NCBI RefSeq assembly: GCF_001194135.2
Contig: NC_069010.1
Coordinates: 3,476,315 to 3,513,495, forward strand
Origin: Octopus bimaculoides
Taxonomy: Eukaryota
Length of the DNA stretch: 37,181 nt
Direction: 5' to 3'
Shown here: in pieces, positions 1-10,623 of the stretch
Layout of the letters: each line of letters begins with the position of its first letter
Position numbering within the stretch: the first letter of the stretch is position 1
Made by a program: the position numbers and the translations under genes
Notes under the pieces: generated by a model
Seen by the model: only the letters and a program-made list of their open reading frames with translations
Databases searched by the model: none
What the model was told of the DNA's origin: nothing

Positions 1-195
1 GGTGACACGTAAAAGCACCCACTACACTCTCTGAGTGGTTGGCGTTAGGAAGGGCATCCAGCTGTAGAAACTCTGCCAAATCAGACTGGAGCCTGGTGTT
101 GCCATCCGGTTTCACCAGTCCTCAGTCAAATCGTCCAACCCATGCTAGCATGGAAAGCGGACGTTAAACGATGATGATGATGATGATGATGATGA
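1..195 (+). mobile_element. 3' part of SINE with RTE-type tail ending in (GAT)n
   Basis: Ends ...aacccatgctagcatggaaagcggacgttaaacg(atg)n. Related diverged reverse copies at about 432-640, 4383-4575 and 10180-10430. Confidence 0.75.
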
Positions 196-253
196 TATAT
201 ATATACATATTCATATATGTACATATATATTCATCTGTTTTGTCTTTTTGTAG

Positions 254-330
254 GTTTTCCAACAGCTTCTGTTATTTTGGTGTAATTCTGATGACCACCG
301 AACTATTTGAGTCTGGCAGTAACTGTGATG
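254..330 (+). CDS. SVOP: SVOP-like MFS transporter, internal coding exon (W)FSNSFCYFGVILMTTELFESGSNCD
   Basis: Acceptor ttttgtag|G at 253/254 and donor GATG|gtaagt at 330/331. The peptide matches the SVOP motif WFSNAFSYYGLVLLTTELF as I recall it. It ends in phase 1 and joins 1976 in frame. Confidence 0.9.
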
Positions 331-1975
331 GTAAGTCAAAGCTGTCTTCCAAGGCATTCCTTCTTTTCAAGACAATACGGCAGTGCCATCGAGAATTTTG
401 TGTTGCAATTATGAGGTTCCAGCGATTCCAAATCGTCATCATCATTTAATGTCCATTTTCCATGCTAGCATAGGTTGTATGGTTTGACAGGAGCAGGCAC
501 GTCAAAGGACTGCATCAGGCTCCAGTCAGTTTTGGCATGGTTTCTACGCCAAGATACCCTTCCTAATACCAAACACTCCATAGAGTGTGCTATGTGTGCC
601 TTGTGTGTCCTTTTATCGGTGCCTTTTATGTATCGCTGGCATGGGTGCCTGTCTCAGGTCACCAGCACTGTTCATGACCACAATTCCACTTAACTTGACA
701 TGTCTTATATATACATTCATTTCTTTTGACCGGAAGATTAGCTATATTTTTTAATAGAATTGATTTTCAATCGATTTGATTTTTATTTTATTTTCTATTT
801 GAAAATGTGGTTATGAAACACGTGTAGTCGTTTTATTATTTTAATACTTATTACTTTGTATCTTTATTATCGGTCTTTTTAAAAGTGTATTTACTTATTA
901 AATTTTTCTATACGTGACTGTGGATTTTCATGGATGAATTCAATAATTGTGGTTTTTTTCTCTAAATTATATATTTATATATTATATATTGTGAAATTTA
1001 ATTTAATTTTAATTTTGATAAATTAAATTAAATTGAATTTTTCCCTGTAACTTTTGGATTTTTATCCCTAATATTATTATCNNNNNNNNNNNNNNNNNNN
1101 NNNNNNNNNNNNNNNNNNNNNNNNNNNNNNNNNNNNNNNNNNNNNNNNNNNNNNNNNNNNNNNNNNNNNNNNNNNNNNNNNNNNNNNNNNNNNNNNNNNN
1201 NNNNNNNNNNNNNNNNNNNNNNNNNNNNNNNNNNNNNNNNNNNNNNNNNNNNNNNNNNNNNNNNNNNNNNNNNNNNNNNNNNNNNNNNNNNNNNNNNNNN
1301 NNNNNNNNNNNNNNNNNNNNNNNNNNNNNNNNNNNNNNNNNNNNNNNNNNNNNNNNNNNNNNNNNNNNNNNNNNNNNNNNNNNNNNNNNNNNNNNNNNNN
1401 NNNNNNNNNNNNNNNNNNNNNNNNNNNNNNNNNNNNNNNNNNNNNNNNNNNNNNNNNNNNATATATATATAATTAAAACAGTAGGGTAAAAAATTGGATA
1501 TTAATTAATATCAATTCAATACCAGGGAACAAATACATTAAAAGAATCAAGGAGATTCAGAGAAAATTTCTGAGATCTCAAAGGATTATTGTATATGTAT
1601 ATATATATAATGTCTCCTTTACATGTGATCTTCTTCTAGCACATTAACAGTCCACCTAGTGGTCTCCTTTATATATATATACACACACACACACATATAT
1701 ATATTTATATATATATATATATGGAGGTGTGGCTCTATGGTTAAGAATTTTGTGTAACAGTCACTTGGTCTCAGGTTCAGTCCCACTCTGTTGCGCCTTG
1801 GACAATTGACCTCTGCCTTAGGACTGGCAGTGACCACTATATCTAACTCCCTCTCTCTTTCTCTATCTGTTTAGCTATCTCTACTTCTCTCTCAGCGTCT
1901 AGTGTCCAAACAGCATTTCATCAGTGGTGGTGGTCACTATATTTAACTCTCTCTCTCTCTCTCTCTCTCTTTCAG

Positions 1976-2086
1976 TTGGTAACAAGACTGTATTCAGGGC
2001 TGAGCCTCACTGTCCACTGGAGTGTAAGATGTTGTCCAAGGGTGACTACATTGACCTTCTCTGGACAACCATTGCTGAATTTCCTG
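1976..2086 (+). CDS. SVOP: SVOP-like exon (V)[36 protein letters not shown]
   Basis: (CT)n tract then ttcag| acceptor; donor CCTG|gtcagt; 111 bp, phase 1 to 1. Matches SVOP C..L...DY.DLLWTT..EFPG. Confidence 0.92.
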
Positions 2087-2210
2087 GTCAGTATCATCTC
2101 ATGTTGCTTTTTTTTCCATTATCTTTATCGTTTCATTTTTAGCACACACACACACACACAAACTCAGCTTTACAATATTGTTTCTGATATTGTTTCTATA
2201 TTTTTTCCAG

Positions 2211-2322
2211 GTTTGTTTCTCACAATCCTTGTCATTGACAAAATCGGCAGAAAACTCACAATCGGCGGAGAATTCATCATATTCAGTGTTTTTATGTTCT
2301 TCGTCAATATCTGCACCACAAG
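2211..2322 (+). CDS. SVOP: SVOP-like exon (G)LFLTILVIDKIGRKLTIGGEFIIFSVFMFFVNICTT(R)
   Basis: ttttttccag| acceptor; AG|gtcagt donor; 112 bp, phase 1 to 2. Contains the MFS loop motif D-K-I-G-R-K. Confidence 0.93.
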
Positions 2323-2741
2323 GTCAGTTATTATTTTATTCATGTTCCTGGTACAACATTTTAATTTTTTTTTGCTTCTCTTGTATTTATGAAGACTCCT
2401 AAGTCTAAAACTAGTTTGTTCAGTCTTATGGGGGTTTGTGTAACTAAAATGGAATCAAATGTCTGATGAGAAAAGAAGAATAGTCGTGAGAAAGTAAAAC
2501 TTAAGGTTCATACGAACATCTTTTATGTCTTGTATTCTTTTACTTGTTCCACTTATTAGTGTGTGGCCATGTTGCAGCACTACCTTGAATTTTTAGTTGA
2601 ATGCTGAATGTTGAATGTATCAACCACAGCACCGGTACTTATTCTATCAGTGTCTTTTGCTGAACCACTAGGTTACAGGGATGTAAACACATCAATACTG
2701 GTGGTCAAACAGTGATGCAGGACAAACACACATACACATTT

Positions 2742-2784
<43 letters not shown>

Positions 2785-2798
2785 ACCTGGCAAGCTAC

Positions 2799-2841
2799 TT
2801 CAGGCTGATGACAAGCAAAGACTCAGAAACATGTCCCTGAA
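2799..2841 (+). ncRNA. Type I hammerhead ribozyme motif (minimal/Penelope-type), stem II damaged
   Basis: ttcagg-CTGATGA-caagcaaagactca-GAAA-CATG-TC-cctgaa: intact catalytic core, 6-bp stem I (ttcagg/cctgaa), palindromic ACATGT stem III and a GUC cleavage triplet at 2833-2835. Confidence 0.6.
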
Positions 2842-3781
2842 TACTGGCTAGGCTGGGTGGAGGAGCTTNNNNNNNNNNNNNNNNNNNNNNNNNNNNNNNN
2901 NNNNNNNNNNNNNNNNNNNNNNNNNNNNNNNNNNNNNNNNNNNNNNNNNNNNNNNNNNNNNNNNNNNNNNNNNNNNNNNNNNNNNNNNNNNNNNNNNNNN
3001 NNNNNNNNNNNNNNNNNNNNNNNNNNNNNNNNNNNNNNNNNNNNNNNNNNNNNNNNNNNNNNNNNNNNNNNNNNNNNNNNNNNNNNNNNNNNNNNNNNNN
3101 NNNNNNNNNNNNNNNNNNNNNNNNNNNNNNNNNNNNNNNNNNNNNNNNNNNNNNNNNNNNNNNNNNNNNNNNNNNNNNNNNNNNNNNNNNNNNNNNNNNN
3201 NNNNNNNNNNNNNNNNNNNNNNNNNNNNNNNNNNNNNNNNNNNNNNNNNNNNNNNNNNNNNNNNNNNNNNNNNNNNNNNNNNNNNNNNNNNNNNNNNNNN
3301 NNNNNNNNNNNNNNNNNNNNNNNNNNNNNNNNNNNNNNNNNNNNNNNNNNNNNNNNNNNNNNNNNNNNNNNNNNNNNNNNNNNNNNNNNNNNNNNNNNNN
3401 NNNNNNNNNNNNNNNNNNNNNNNNNNNNNNNNNNNNNNNNNNNNNNNNNNNNNNNNNNNNNNNNNNNNNNNNNNNNNNNNNNNNNNNNNNNNNNNNNNNN
3501 NNNNNNNNNNNNNNNNNNNNNNNNNNNNNNNNNNNNNNNNNNNNNNNNNNNNNNNNNNNNNNNNNNNNNNNNNNNNNNNNNNNNNNNNNNNNNNNNNNNN
3601 NNNNNNTTTATATATATATATATATATATAACAAATTAGAGAAAGAGAAAATGGAATCCATGAGATTGTTTATTATAGGCATACGAGTGGCTGTGTGGTA
3701 AGTAGCTTGCCTAATTATAATTAGGTGCCACATTTATTTTGTTTTAAATTATTGTTTTTATTTTTATTTTCTTTGCTCCAG

Positions 3782-3863
3782 GGAGGTGTTAATATTTTTC
3801 TTGTTTGTGGCCAGAGCTTTCATCTCCTCAGCCTTCATGGGGGCTTACGTCTACACACCAGAG
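3782..3863 (+). CDS. SVOP: SVOP-like exon (R)EVLIFFLFVARAFISSAFMGAYVYTPE
   Basis: ctttgctccag| acceptor; GAG|gtaagt donor; 82 bp, phase 2 to 0. ARAFIS..F..AYVYTPE is the SVOP/sugar-porter-like signature. Confidence 0.93.
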
Positions 3864-4099
3864 GTAAGTAAACCAACAGAGGCTCATAAAGAAGGCTTTT
3901 GTTTTTTATTTCTTTAAATTTGATCATCCAATGTGATTGTTGTAGTTGTTGTGCTTCAAGTTAGTTTTGGTGGTGCAAATCAGATATGCAATCTATGTGG
4001 GTGTCTTTTCAATCCATTGACTGGTTTAAAAAGCCACATCAGATGCCATGATGGATCTAAGGTGTATGTACAATAGGTGGTCAGGCTCTTCATCTTTGC

Positions 4100-4320
4100 T
4101 TGGCACTCTGTCGGTTACGACGACGAGGGTTCCAGTTGATCCGATCAACGGAACAGCCTGCTCGTGAAATTAACGTGCAAGTGGCTGAACACTCCACAGA
4201 CACGTGTACCCTTAACGTAGTTCTCGGGGATATTCAGCATGACACAGTGTGACATGGCTGACCCTTTGAATTACAGGCACAACAGAAACAGGAAGAAAGA
4301 GTAAGAGAAAGTTGTGGTGG
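4100..4320 (-). mobile_element. 5'-truncated SINE (family with GAGTGCCAAC tail)
   Basis: Reverse complement of the 3' half of the full copy at 8260-8650. Confidence 0.8.
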
Positions 4321-4583
4321 AAGTTGTGTATGTGTGTGTTTCATAATGCAAACAGGAAAATAGAACTCAAGCCATGAGTATATATCATCATCATCGTCAT
4401 AATCGTTTAACATCCACCTTCCATGCTGACATAGGTTGGACAGTTTGACAGGAGCCAACCAGGCAGAAGACTACACCAGGTTACTGTGTCTGTTTTAGTA
4501 TGTGTGTCTGTTTTTTATGGCAGCATGCCCGCCTTACACCAGCTACCGCACAATGTGGACTAGATGCTTTTTATATGGCACAG

Positions 4584-4618
<35 letters not shown>

Positions 4619-4774
4619 TACATTTATTTATTTTATTTTATTTAATTAGAAAACACTTCAAAATAATTGAAGTGCTGAAAGTTTCATGCTTTAACACTTG
4701 TATATATATATATACATATATATATATAAGCAATAATAAATCTCTGAGCGAGGTATAAACAGTAGCTGCACGTC

Positions 4775-5014
4775 AACGTGAAGTATATTTGCCACTTAAA
4801 TGCGGCTAACCCCTAAGGGTGAATGCTACTGTAGCTTGTAGCCCCAGGAGAACATCTCCTCCAGCTGGCTATTGACACACTTTCTGTGCCCTGTCGGTAT
4901 TTGCAAAAGTGTGTCAATAGCCAGCTGGAGGAGATGTTCGCCTGGGGCTACAAGCTACAGTAGCATTCACCCTTAGGGGTTAACCGCATTTAAGTGGCAA
5001 ATATACTTCACGTT
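4775..5014. repeat. Fold-back element: 109-bp inverted arms, 22-bp loop
   Basis: 4775-4883 is the reverse complement of 4906-5014 with 2 mismatches (checked by eye). Confidence 0.92.
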
Positions 5015-5528
5015 ATATATGTNNNNNNNNNNNNNNNNNNNNNNNNNNNNNNNNNNNNNNNNNNNNNNNNNNNNNNNNNNNNNNNNNNNNNNNNNNNNNN
5101 NNNNNNNNNNNNNNNNNNNNNNNNNNNNNNNNNNNNNNNNNNNNNNNNNNNNNNNNNNNNNNNNNNNNNNNNNNNNNNNNNNNNNNNNNNNNNNNNNNNN
5201 NNNNNNNNNNNNNNNNNNNNNNNNNNNNNNNNNNNNNNNNNNNNNNNNNNNNNNNNNNNNNNNNNNNNNNNNNNNNNNNNNNNNNNNNNNNNNNNNNNNN
5301 NNNNNNNNNNNNNNNNNNNNNNNNNNNNNNNNNNNNNNNNNNNNNNNNNNNNNNNNNNNNNNNNNNNNNNNNNNNNNNNNNNNNNNNNNNNNNNNNNNNN
5401 NNNNNNNNNNNNNNNNNNNNNNNNNNNNNNNNNNNNNNNNNNNNATATATATATATGTATGTAAAATAAATTCTAGTACTAACCTATAATAAATGAACAT
5501 GTATTAATTATCATCATCTGTATTTCAG

Positions 5529-5618
5529 ATTTATCCAACGTCCATGCGAGCCATTGGTCTGGGAGCATGTAGTACTATGGCTCGTATCGGGGCCATAATC
5601 ACACCTTTCATAGCTCAG
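5529..5618 (+). CDS. SVOP: SVOP-like exon [30 protein letters not shown]
   Basis: tatttcag| acceptor; CAG|gtgagt donor; 90 bp, phase 0 to 0. Closely matches SVOP [30 protein letters not shown]. Confidence 0.93.
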
Positions 5619-5714
5619 GTGAGTTCCTTGTTTCACAGTGGCAACACATCAGCAGATTCATTGTTTACTGTCTGATCCTTACTGTTCTACTTTGCCTCAT
5701 CCCATCCTGTACCA

Positions 5715-6013
5715 CAGGGGTTTTCAAACTTTTTGACTTGCGGACCCCTTTATATTTCAGGCTTTACCTTAGGGAACCCCCTTATAAACGCTTACGAAAT
5801 TTATACATAAATATTCGCTTAAAATAACATATATTTTTACATTTATTTATTTAACAGTATTTAACAAAATAGGTTTATTGTCAATTAAAAGATTTCGATT
5901 AAAAAACATATATAAAATCAAATTGCCCATAAAAAGTATTTGCTGTCCACGGACCCCCTGTCTTGTCCTTGCGGACCCCCTGTGGTCCGCGGACCACAGT
6001 TTGAAAACCCCTG
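5715..6013. mobile_element. hAT-type MITE (299 bp)
   Basis: 16-bp TIR CAGGGGTTTTCAAACT / AGTTTGAAAACCCCTG; 8-bp flanks CTGTACCA / CTATACCA (7/8 match), as expected for a hAT target-site duplication. Confidence 0.85.
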
Positions 6014-6794
6014 CTATACCACTNNNNNNNNNNNNNNNNNNNNNNNNNNNNNNNNNNNNNNNNNNNNNNNNNNNNNNNNNNNNNNNNNNNNNNNNNNNNN
6101 NNNNNNNNNNNNNNNNNNNNNNNNNNNNNNNNNNNNNNNNNNNNNNNNNNNNNNNNNNNNNNNNNNNNNNNNNNNNNNNNNNNNNNNNNNNNNNNNNNNN
6201 NNNNNNNNNNNNNNNNNNNNNNNNNNNNNNNNNNNNNNNNNNNNNNNNNNNNNNNNNNNNNNNNNNNNNNNNNNNNNNNNNNNNNNNNNNNNNNNNNNNN
6301 NNNNNNNNNNNNNNNNNNNNNNNNNNNNNNNNNNNNNNNNNNNNNNNNNNNNNNNNNNNNNNNNNNNNNNNNNNNNNNNNNNNNNNNNNNNNNNNNNNNN
6401 NNNNNNNNNNNNNNNNNNNNNNNNNNNNNNNNNNNNNNNNNNNNNNNNNNNNNNNNNNNNNNNNNNNNNNNNNNNNNNNNNNNNNNNNNNNNNNNNNNNN
6501 NNNNNNNNNNNNNNNNNNNNNNNNNNNNNNNNNNNNNNNNNNNNNNNNNNNNNNNNNNNNNNNNNNNNNNNNNNNNNNNNNNNNNNNNNNNNNNNNNNNN
6601 NNNNNNNNNNNNNNNNNNNNNNNNNNNNNNNNNNNNNNNNNNNNNNNNNNNNNNNNNNNNNNNNNNNNNNNNNNNNNNNNNNNNNNNNNNNNNNNNNNNN
6701 NNNNNNNNNNNNNNNNNNNNNNNNNNNNNNNNNNNNNNNNNNNNNNNNNNNNNNNNNNNNNNNNNNNNNNNNNNNNNNNNNNNNNNNNNNNNNN

Positions 6795-6807
6795 TTATTA
6801 TTATTAA

Positions 6808-6844
<37 letters not shown>

Positions 6845-6920
6845 ATTATTATTATTAATATTATTATTATTGTTATTATTATTATTATTATTATTGTTGT
6901 TGTTGTTATTATTATTATTA

Positions 6921-6991
<71 letters not shown>
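6795..6991. repeat. (TTA)n/(TTG)n microsatellite
   Basis: Direct reading. Similar (TAA)n tracts at about 16021-16170, 18028-18103 and 36910-36942. Confidence 0.95.
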
Positions 6992-7149
6992 GAGCGAGAG
7001 AGCAGTGAATGCCATCAAAGTGACACTGGGGTAAAATATACGAAGCCCATTATACCCATCATGACTTCTTATCTGAAAAGGACCTCGAGTCCGCTGCCCT
7101 AACCACTGGGCCATTGCGCCTCCAATAGTTCTTATTATTAAAGCGGCAA

Positions 7150-7720
7150 AAGGCAGCGAGCTGGTAGAAACGTTAGCACATCGGGAGAAATGCTTAGCGC
7201 CATTTCATCCGTTTTAACATTCTGAGTTCAAATTCTGCTGAGGTCGACTAAATAAGTACCAGTTACACACTAGGGTCAATGTAGTCGACTTCACCCCTTC
7301 CCCCAAATTTGAGGCCTTGTGCTTCCAGTAGAAAGATTATTAAAGTGGCAAGCTAAATACTTAGCGGTATTTCGGGCGAAATACTTAGCGGTATTTCGTC
7401 TGCCACTGCGTTCTGAGTTCAAATTCCGCCGAGGTCGACTTTGCCTTTCATCCTTTCGGGGTCGATAAATTAAGTACCAGTTACGCACTGGGGTCGATAT
7501 AATCGACTTAATCCGTTTGTCTGTCCTTGTTTGTCCCCTCTGTGTGTAGCCCCTTGTGGGCAGTAAAGAAATAGGTATTTCATCTGTCTTTACGTTCAGG
7601 GTTCAAGTTCTGCCGAGGCTAACTTTGCCTTTTATCCTTTTGGGGGTCAATAAAAATAAGTACCAGTTGAGCACTGGGATCAATGTAAGTGACTAGTCCC
7701 CTCCTACTAATTTCAGGACT
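7150..7720 (+). mobile_element. Cluster of tandem, partial tRNA-derived SINEs (GGCGGCGAGCTGGCAGAAACG family)
   Basis: Repeated core gttctgagttcaaattc(c/t)gc(c/t)gaggtcgact...aagtaccagtt occurs three times; same family as 10624-10860 and 34248-34480. Confidence 0.8.
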
Positions 7721-7972
7721 TGTTGTTGTTGTTGGCACTCCGTCAGTTACGACGTCGAGGGTCCCAGTTGATCCGATCAACGGAACAACCTGCTCAGTGA
7801 AATTAACGTGCAACTGGCTGAGCACTCCACAGACACGTGTACCCTTAACGTAGTTCTCGGGGGAAGATTCAGCGTGACACAGTGTGACAAGGCTAACCCT
7901 TTGAATTACATTACAGGCACAACAGAAACAGGAAGAAACAGTGCTCTAACCACTGGGCCATTGTGCCTCCAC
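7720..7972 (-). mobile_element. Internally deleted SINE (GTGGAGGCGCAATGGCCCAG family)
   Basis: The 3' half and a head remnant are the reverse complement of 8260-8650. Confidence 0.8.
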
Positions 7973-8259
7973 TCAGGCCTTGTACCTTTAGAAGAAAGGA
8001 TTATTATTAAGGCAGCAAGCTGAAAGAATCATTAACATGTCAGACAAAATACTTAGCAGTGTTTCATCCGTCTTTATGTTCTGAGTTCAAATTCTGCTGA
8101 GGTCGACTTTGTCTTCCACCCTTTCCGAGTCAAACAATGGGGTCAATATAATCTGTTTCACTCTTCCCCAAAATTACTGACCTTGTGCCAAAAAAGTGGA
8201 ACCAATATTATTATTATTAAATGCTTAGTGGCATTTTGTCCACTGAGTACCAGTCGAGT

Positions 8260-8650
8260 TGTGGAGGCGCAATGGCCCAGTGGTTAGGGCAGCGGATTCG
8301 CAGTCACAGGATCGCCGTTTTGATTCCCAGACCTGACGTTGTGAGTGTTTATTGAGCGAAAACACCTAAAAAAGCTCCATGAGGCTCCGGCAGGGGATGG
8401 TGACGAACCCTGCTGTACTCTTCCACCACAACTTTCTCTCACTCTTACTTCCTGTTTCTGTTGTGCCTGTAATTCAAAGGGGTCAGCCTTGTCACACACT
8501 GTGTCACGCTGAATATCCCCGAGAACTACGTTAAGGGTACACGTGACTGTGGAGTGCTCAGCCACTTGCACGTTAATTTCACGAGCAGGCTGTTCCGTTG
8601 ACCGGATCGACTGGAACCCTCGACGTCGTAAGCGACGGAGTGCCAACAAC
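8260..8650 (+). mobile_element. Full-length tRNA-derived SINE nested in another SINE, 11-bp TSD
   Basis: tRNA-like head gtggaggcgcaatggcccagtggttagggcagcgg; tail ggagtgccaacaac; ACCAGTCGAGT duplicated at 8249-8259 and 8649-8659. Confidence 0.88.
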
Positions 8651-8848
8651 CAGTCGAGTACTGGGGCAGATGTAATCTCCTTGACCTCCCCTCAAAACAT
8701 GCTGGCCTTGCGCCAAAATTTGAAACCATTATTACTGCTATTGCTGTTAGTTTTGGTGCTGAAGTTGTTGCTGTTGTTGTTGTTGTTGTTGTTGTTATTT
8801 ATTGTAAAGTGAAACTTTTTAAAATTTACATTCAAATTGTTTTTCCAG

Positions 8849-8890
8849 GATATCAGCGCCTCGCAAGAGAAGGCTAAATCACCTGAATAA
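8849..8890 (+). CDS. SVOP: Probable terminal coding exon of SVOP-like gene, [13 protein letters not shown]
   Basis: Good acceptor ttgtttttccag|GAT; phase-0 frame open to TAA at 8888-8890; AATAAA overlaps the stop. No recognisable homology because the tail is poorly conserved. It requires an unseen penultimate exon. Confidence 0.45.
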   Translation, partial: DISASQEKAKSPE

Positions 8891-8904
8891 AAACGCTGCT
8901 GTAC

Positions 8905-9003
8905 ATAAGTAAATATATATATGTATATATATATGTGTATATATATATGTGTATATATATATGTATATATATATGTATATATATATATATGTATATATAT
9001 ATG

Positions 9004-9035
<32 letters not shown>

Positions 9036-9304
9036 TCTATATGTATATATATTCTCTTTGGAAAAAACGGACTTTATTTTGTATATATGAGTGAATGTGT
9101 GTGTATATATGTACGTGTGAGTGTACGTATATATATATTTATATGTTGATACAGACACACACATACCTGTGTAAATGTATATATACACAAATACATATCT
9201 CTTCTCCCCCCTCTCTCCCTGTATAAATATATATATGTGTATGTATGTATATATGTATGCATGTGTTTGTTTGTGTGTGTGTGCGTGTGTGTGTGTGTGT
9301 GTGT
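8905..9304. repeat. Degenerate (TA)/(TG) microsatellite block
   Basis: Direct reading. Comparable blocks at about 21344-21990 and 23180-23570. Confidence 0.9.
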
Positions 9305-10623
9305 NNNNNNNNNNNNNNNNNNNNNNNNNNNNNNNNNNNNNNNNNNNNNNNNNNNNNNNNNNNNNNNNNNNNNNNNNNNNNNNNNNNNNNNNNNNNNNNN
9401 NNNNNNNNNNNNNNNNNNNNNNNNNNNNNNNNNNNNNNNNNNNNNNNNNNNNNNNNNNNNNNNNNNNNNNNNNNNNNNNNNNNNNNNNNNNNNNNNNNNN
9501 NNNNNNNNNNNNNNNNNNNNNNNNNNNTATATATATATATATATATATATATGTCTGTGTATGTGTGTGTATAAATGTAGATATATGCATACATAAGCAT
9601 ATCTATGCATATATACACACACACAGACATCTACATATTCATATATACATACATCATTATAGACACATGTATATAAATATTAAAAAAATACATTTTAACA
9701 TTTTTTTCCTTCTCTGTTGCTGCTCAATATATAAAGACAATAGAATCCTGACTATTGCTTTAAAACACAATATCTGTTTTTGTCCCACAATGCTCCAGTA
9801 TACATTTATATAATGCTCAACAAAATGGCACTGCTGTGGTGCAGATGGTAGTGCCAGCCTAAATATCTAACATTAGTTACACGCGTCTACATTTGGAGTT
9901 TAAATCATGTTTGGTTCAACTATACTATTCATCCCTCCAGGGTCTGTGAAAATAGATATCAGCAAAATACAGGCAAATGTGAGGGTGGGTTGGATGTGTT
10001 GATCTAAATTGAGGGTTGGGCAAATTTGCTTTTTTCTGGATTTGTACATATTTTTTAGATTATAGTTTTCAGAAAATTTTTGATGTAGGGCTAGTTTGTA
10101 AAAAAAAAAAAAAAAAAATTTTTAATTGAATTTTATTTTTGTTTCTTTATAACAATTTGACTTTCGTGATCTGTATCATCATTGTCATCATCATCATCAT
10201 CATCATTTTTTAATGTCCACTTTTCCATGTTTGCATGAGTCAGATGGAAATTCGTTGAGGCAGATTTCTTCGACCGTGGCTGGATGCCCATCCTGTCACC
10301 AACCCTCGCTTGTTCGCAAACAAGGCAATATTTCCCCCCCCATAGCTAGACAGGTTTTTCAGGAAAGACTGGAAACAAACAACACTGCTTGTATGATGGT
10401 GACACTCATTTACAGCTATTATCAAATGTCAAGACAAGTAGACACAAGCAAATACAGACACACACTCACATGTGAGTGTTTGCCATCGTCGTCATGTACC
10501 GTACACTTTTACAGCACATTCATGATGCTACAACAAAAGTCTTCCCAATTAACCACAAGTTCTCCCATTGGACAAAGCCGCGGTTCTGACATTCTGATAG
10601 GGTTTCCTTGGCAGAAATATTGG

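Noticed and set aside
795-832. Hammerhead-like GAAACACGTGTA with palindromic stem III
   Set aside because: The CTGANGA core is mutated (ttgaaaa) and stems I and II do not pair; at most a dead relic.
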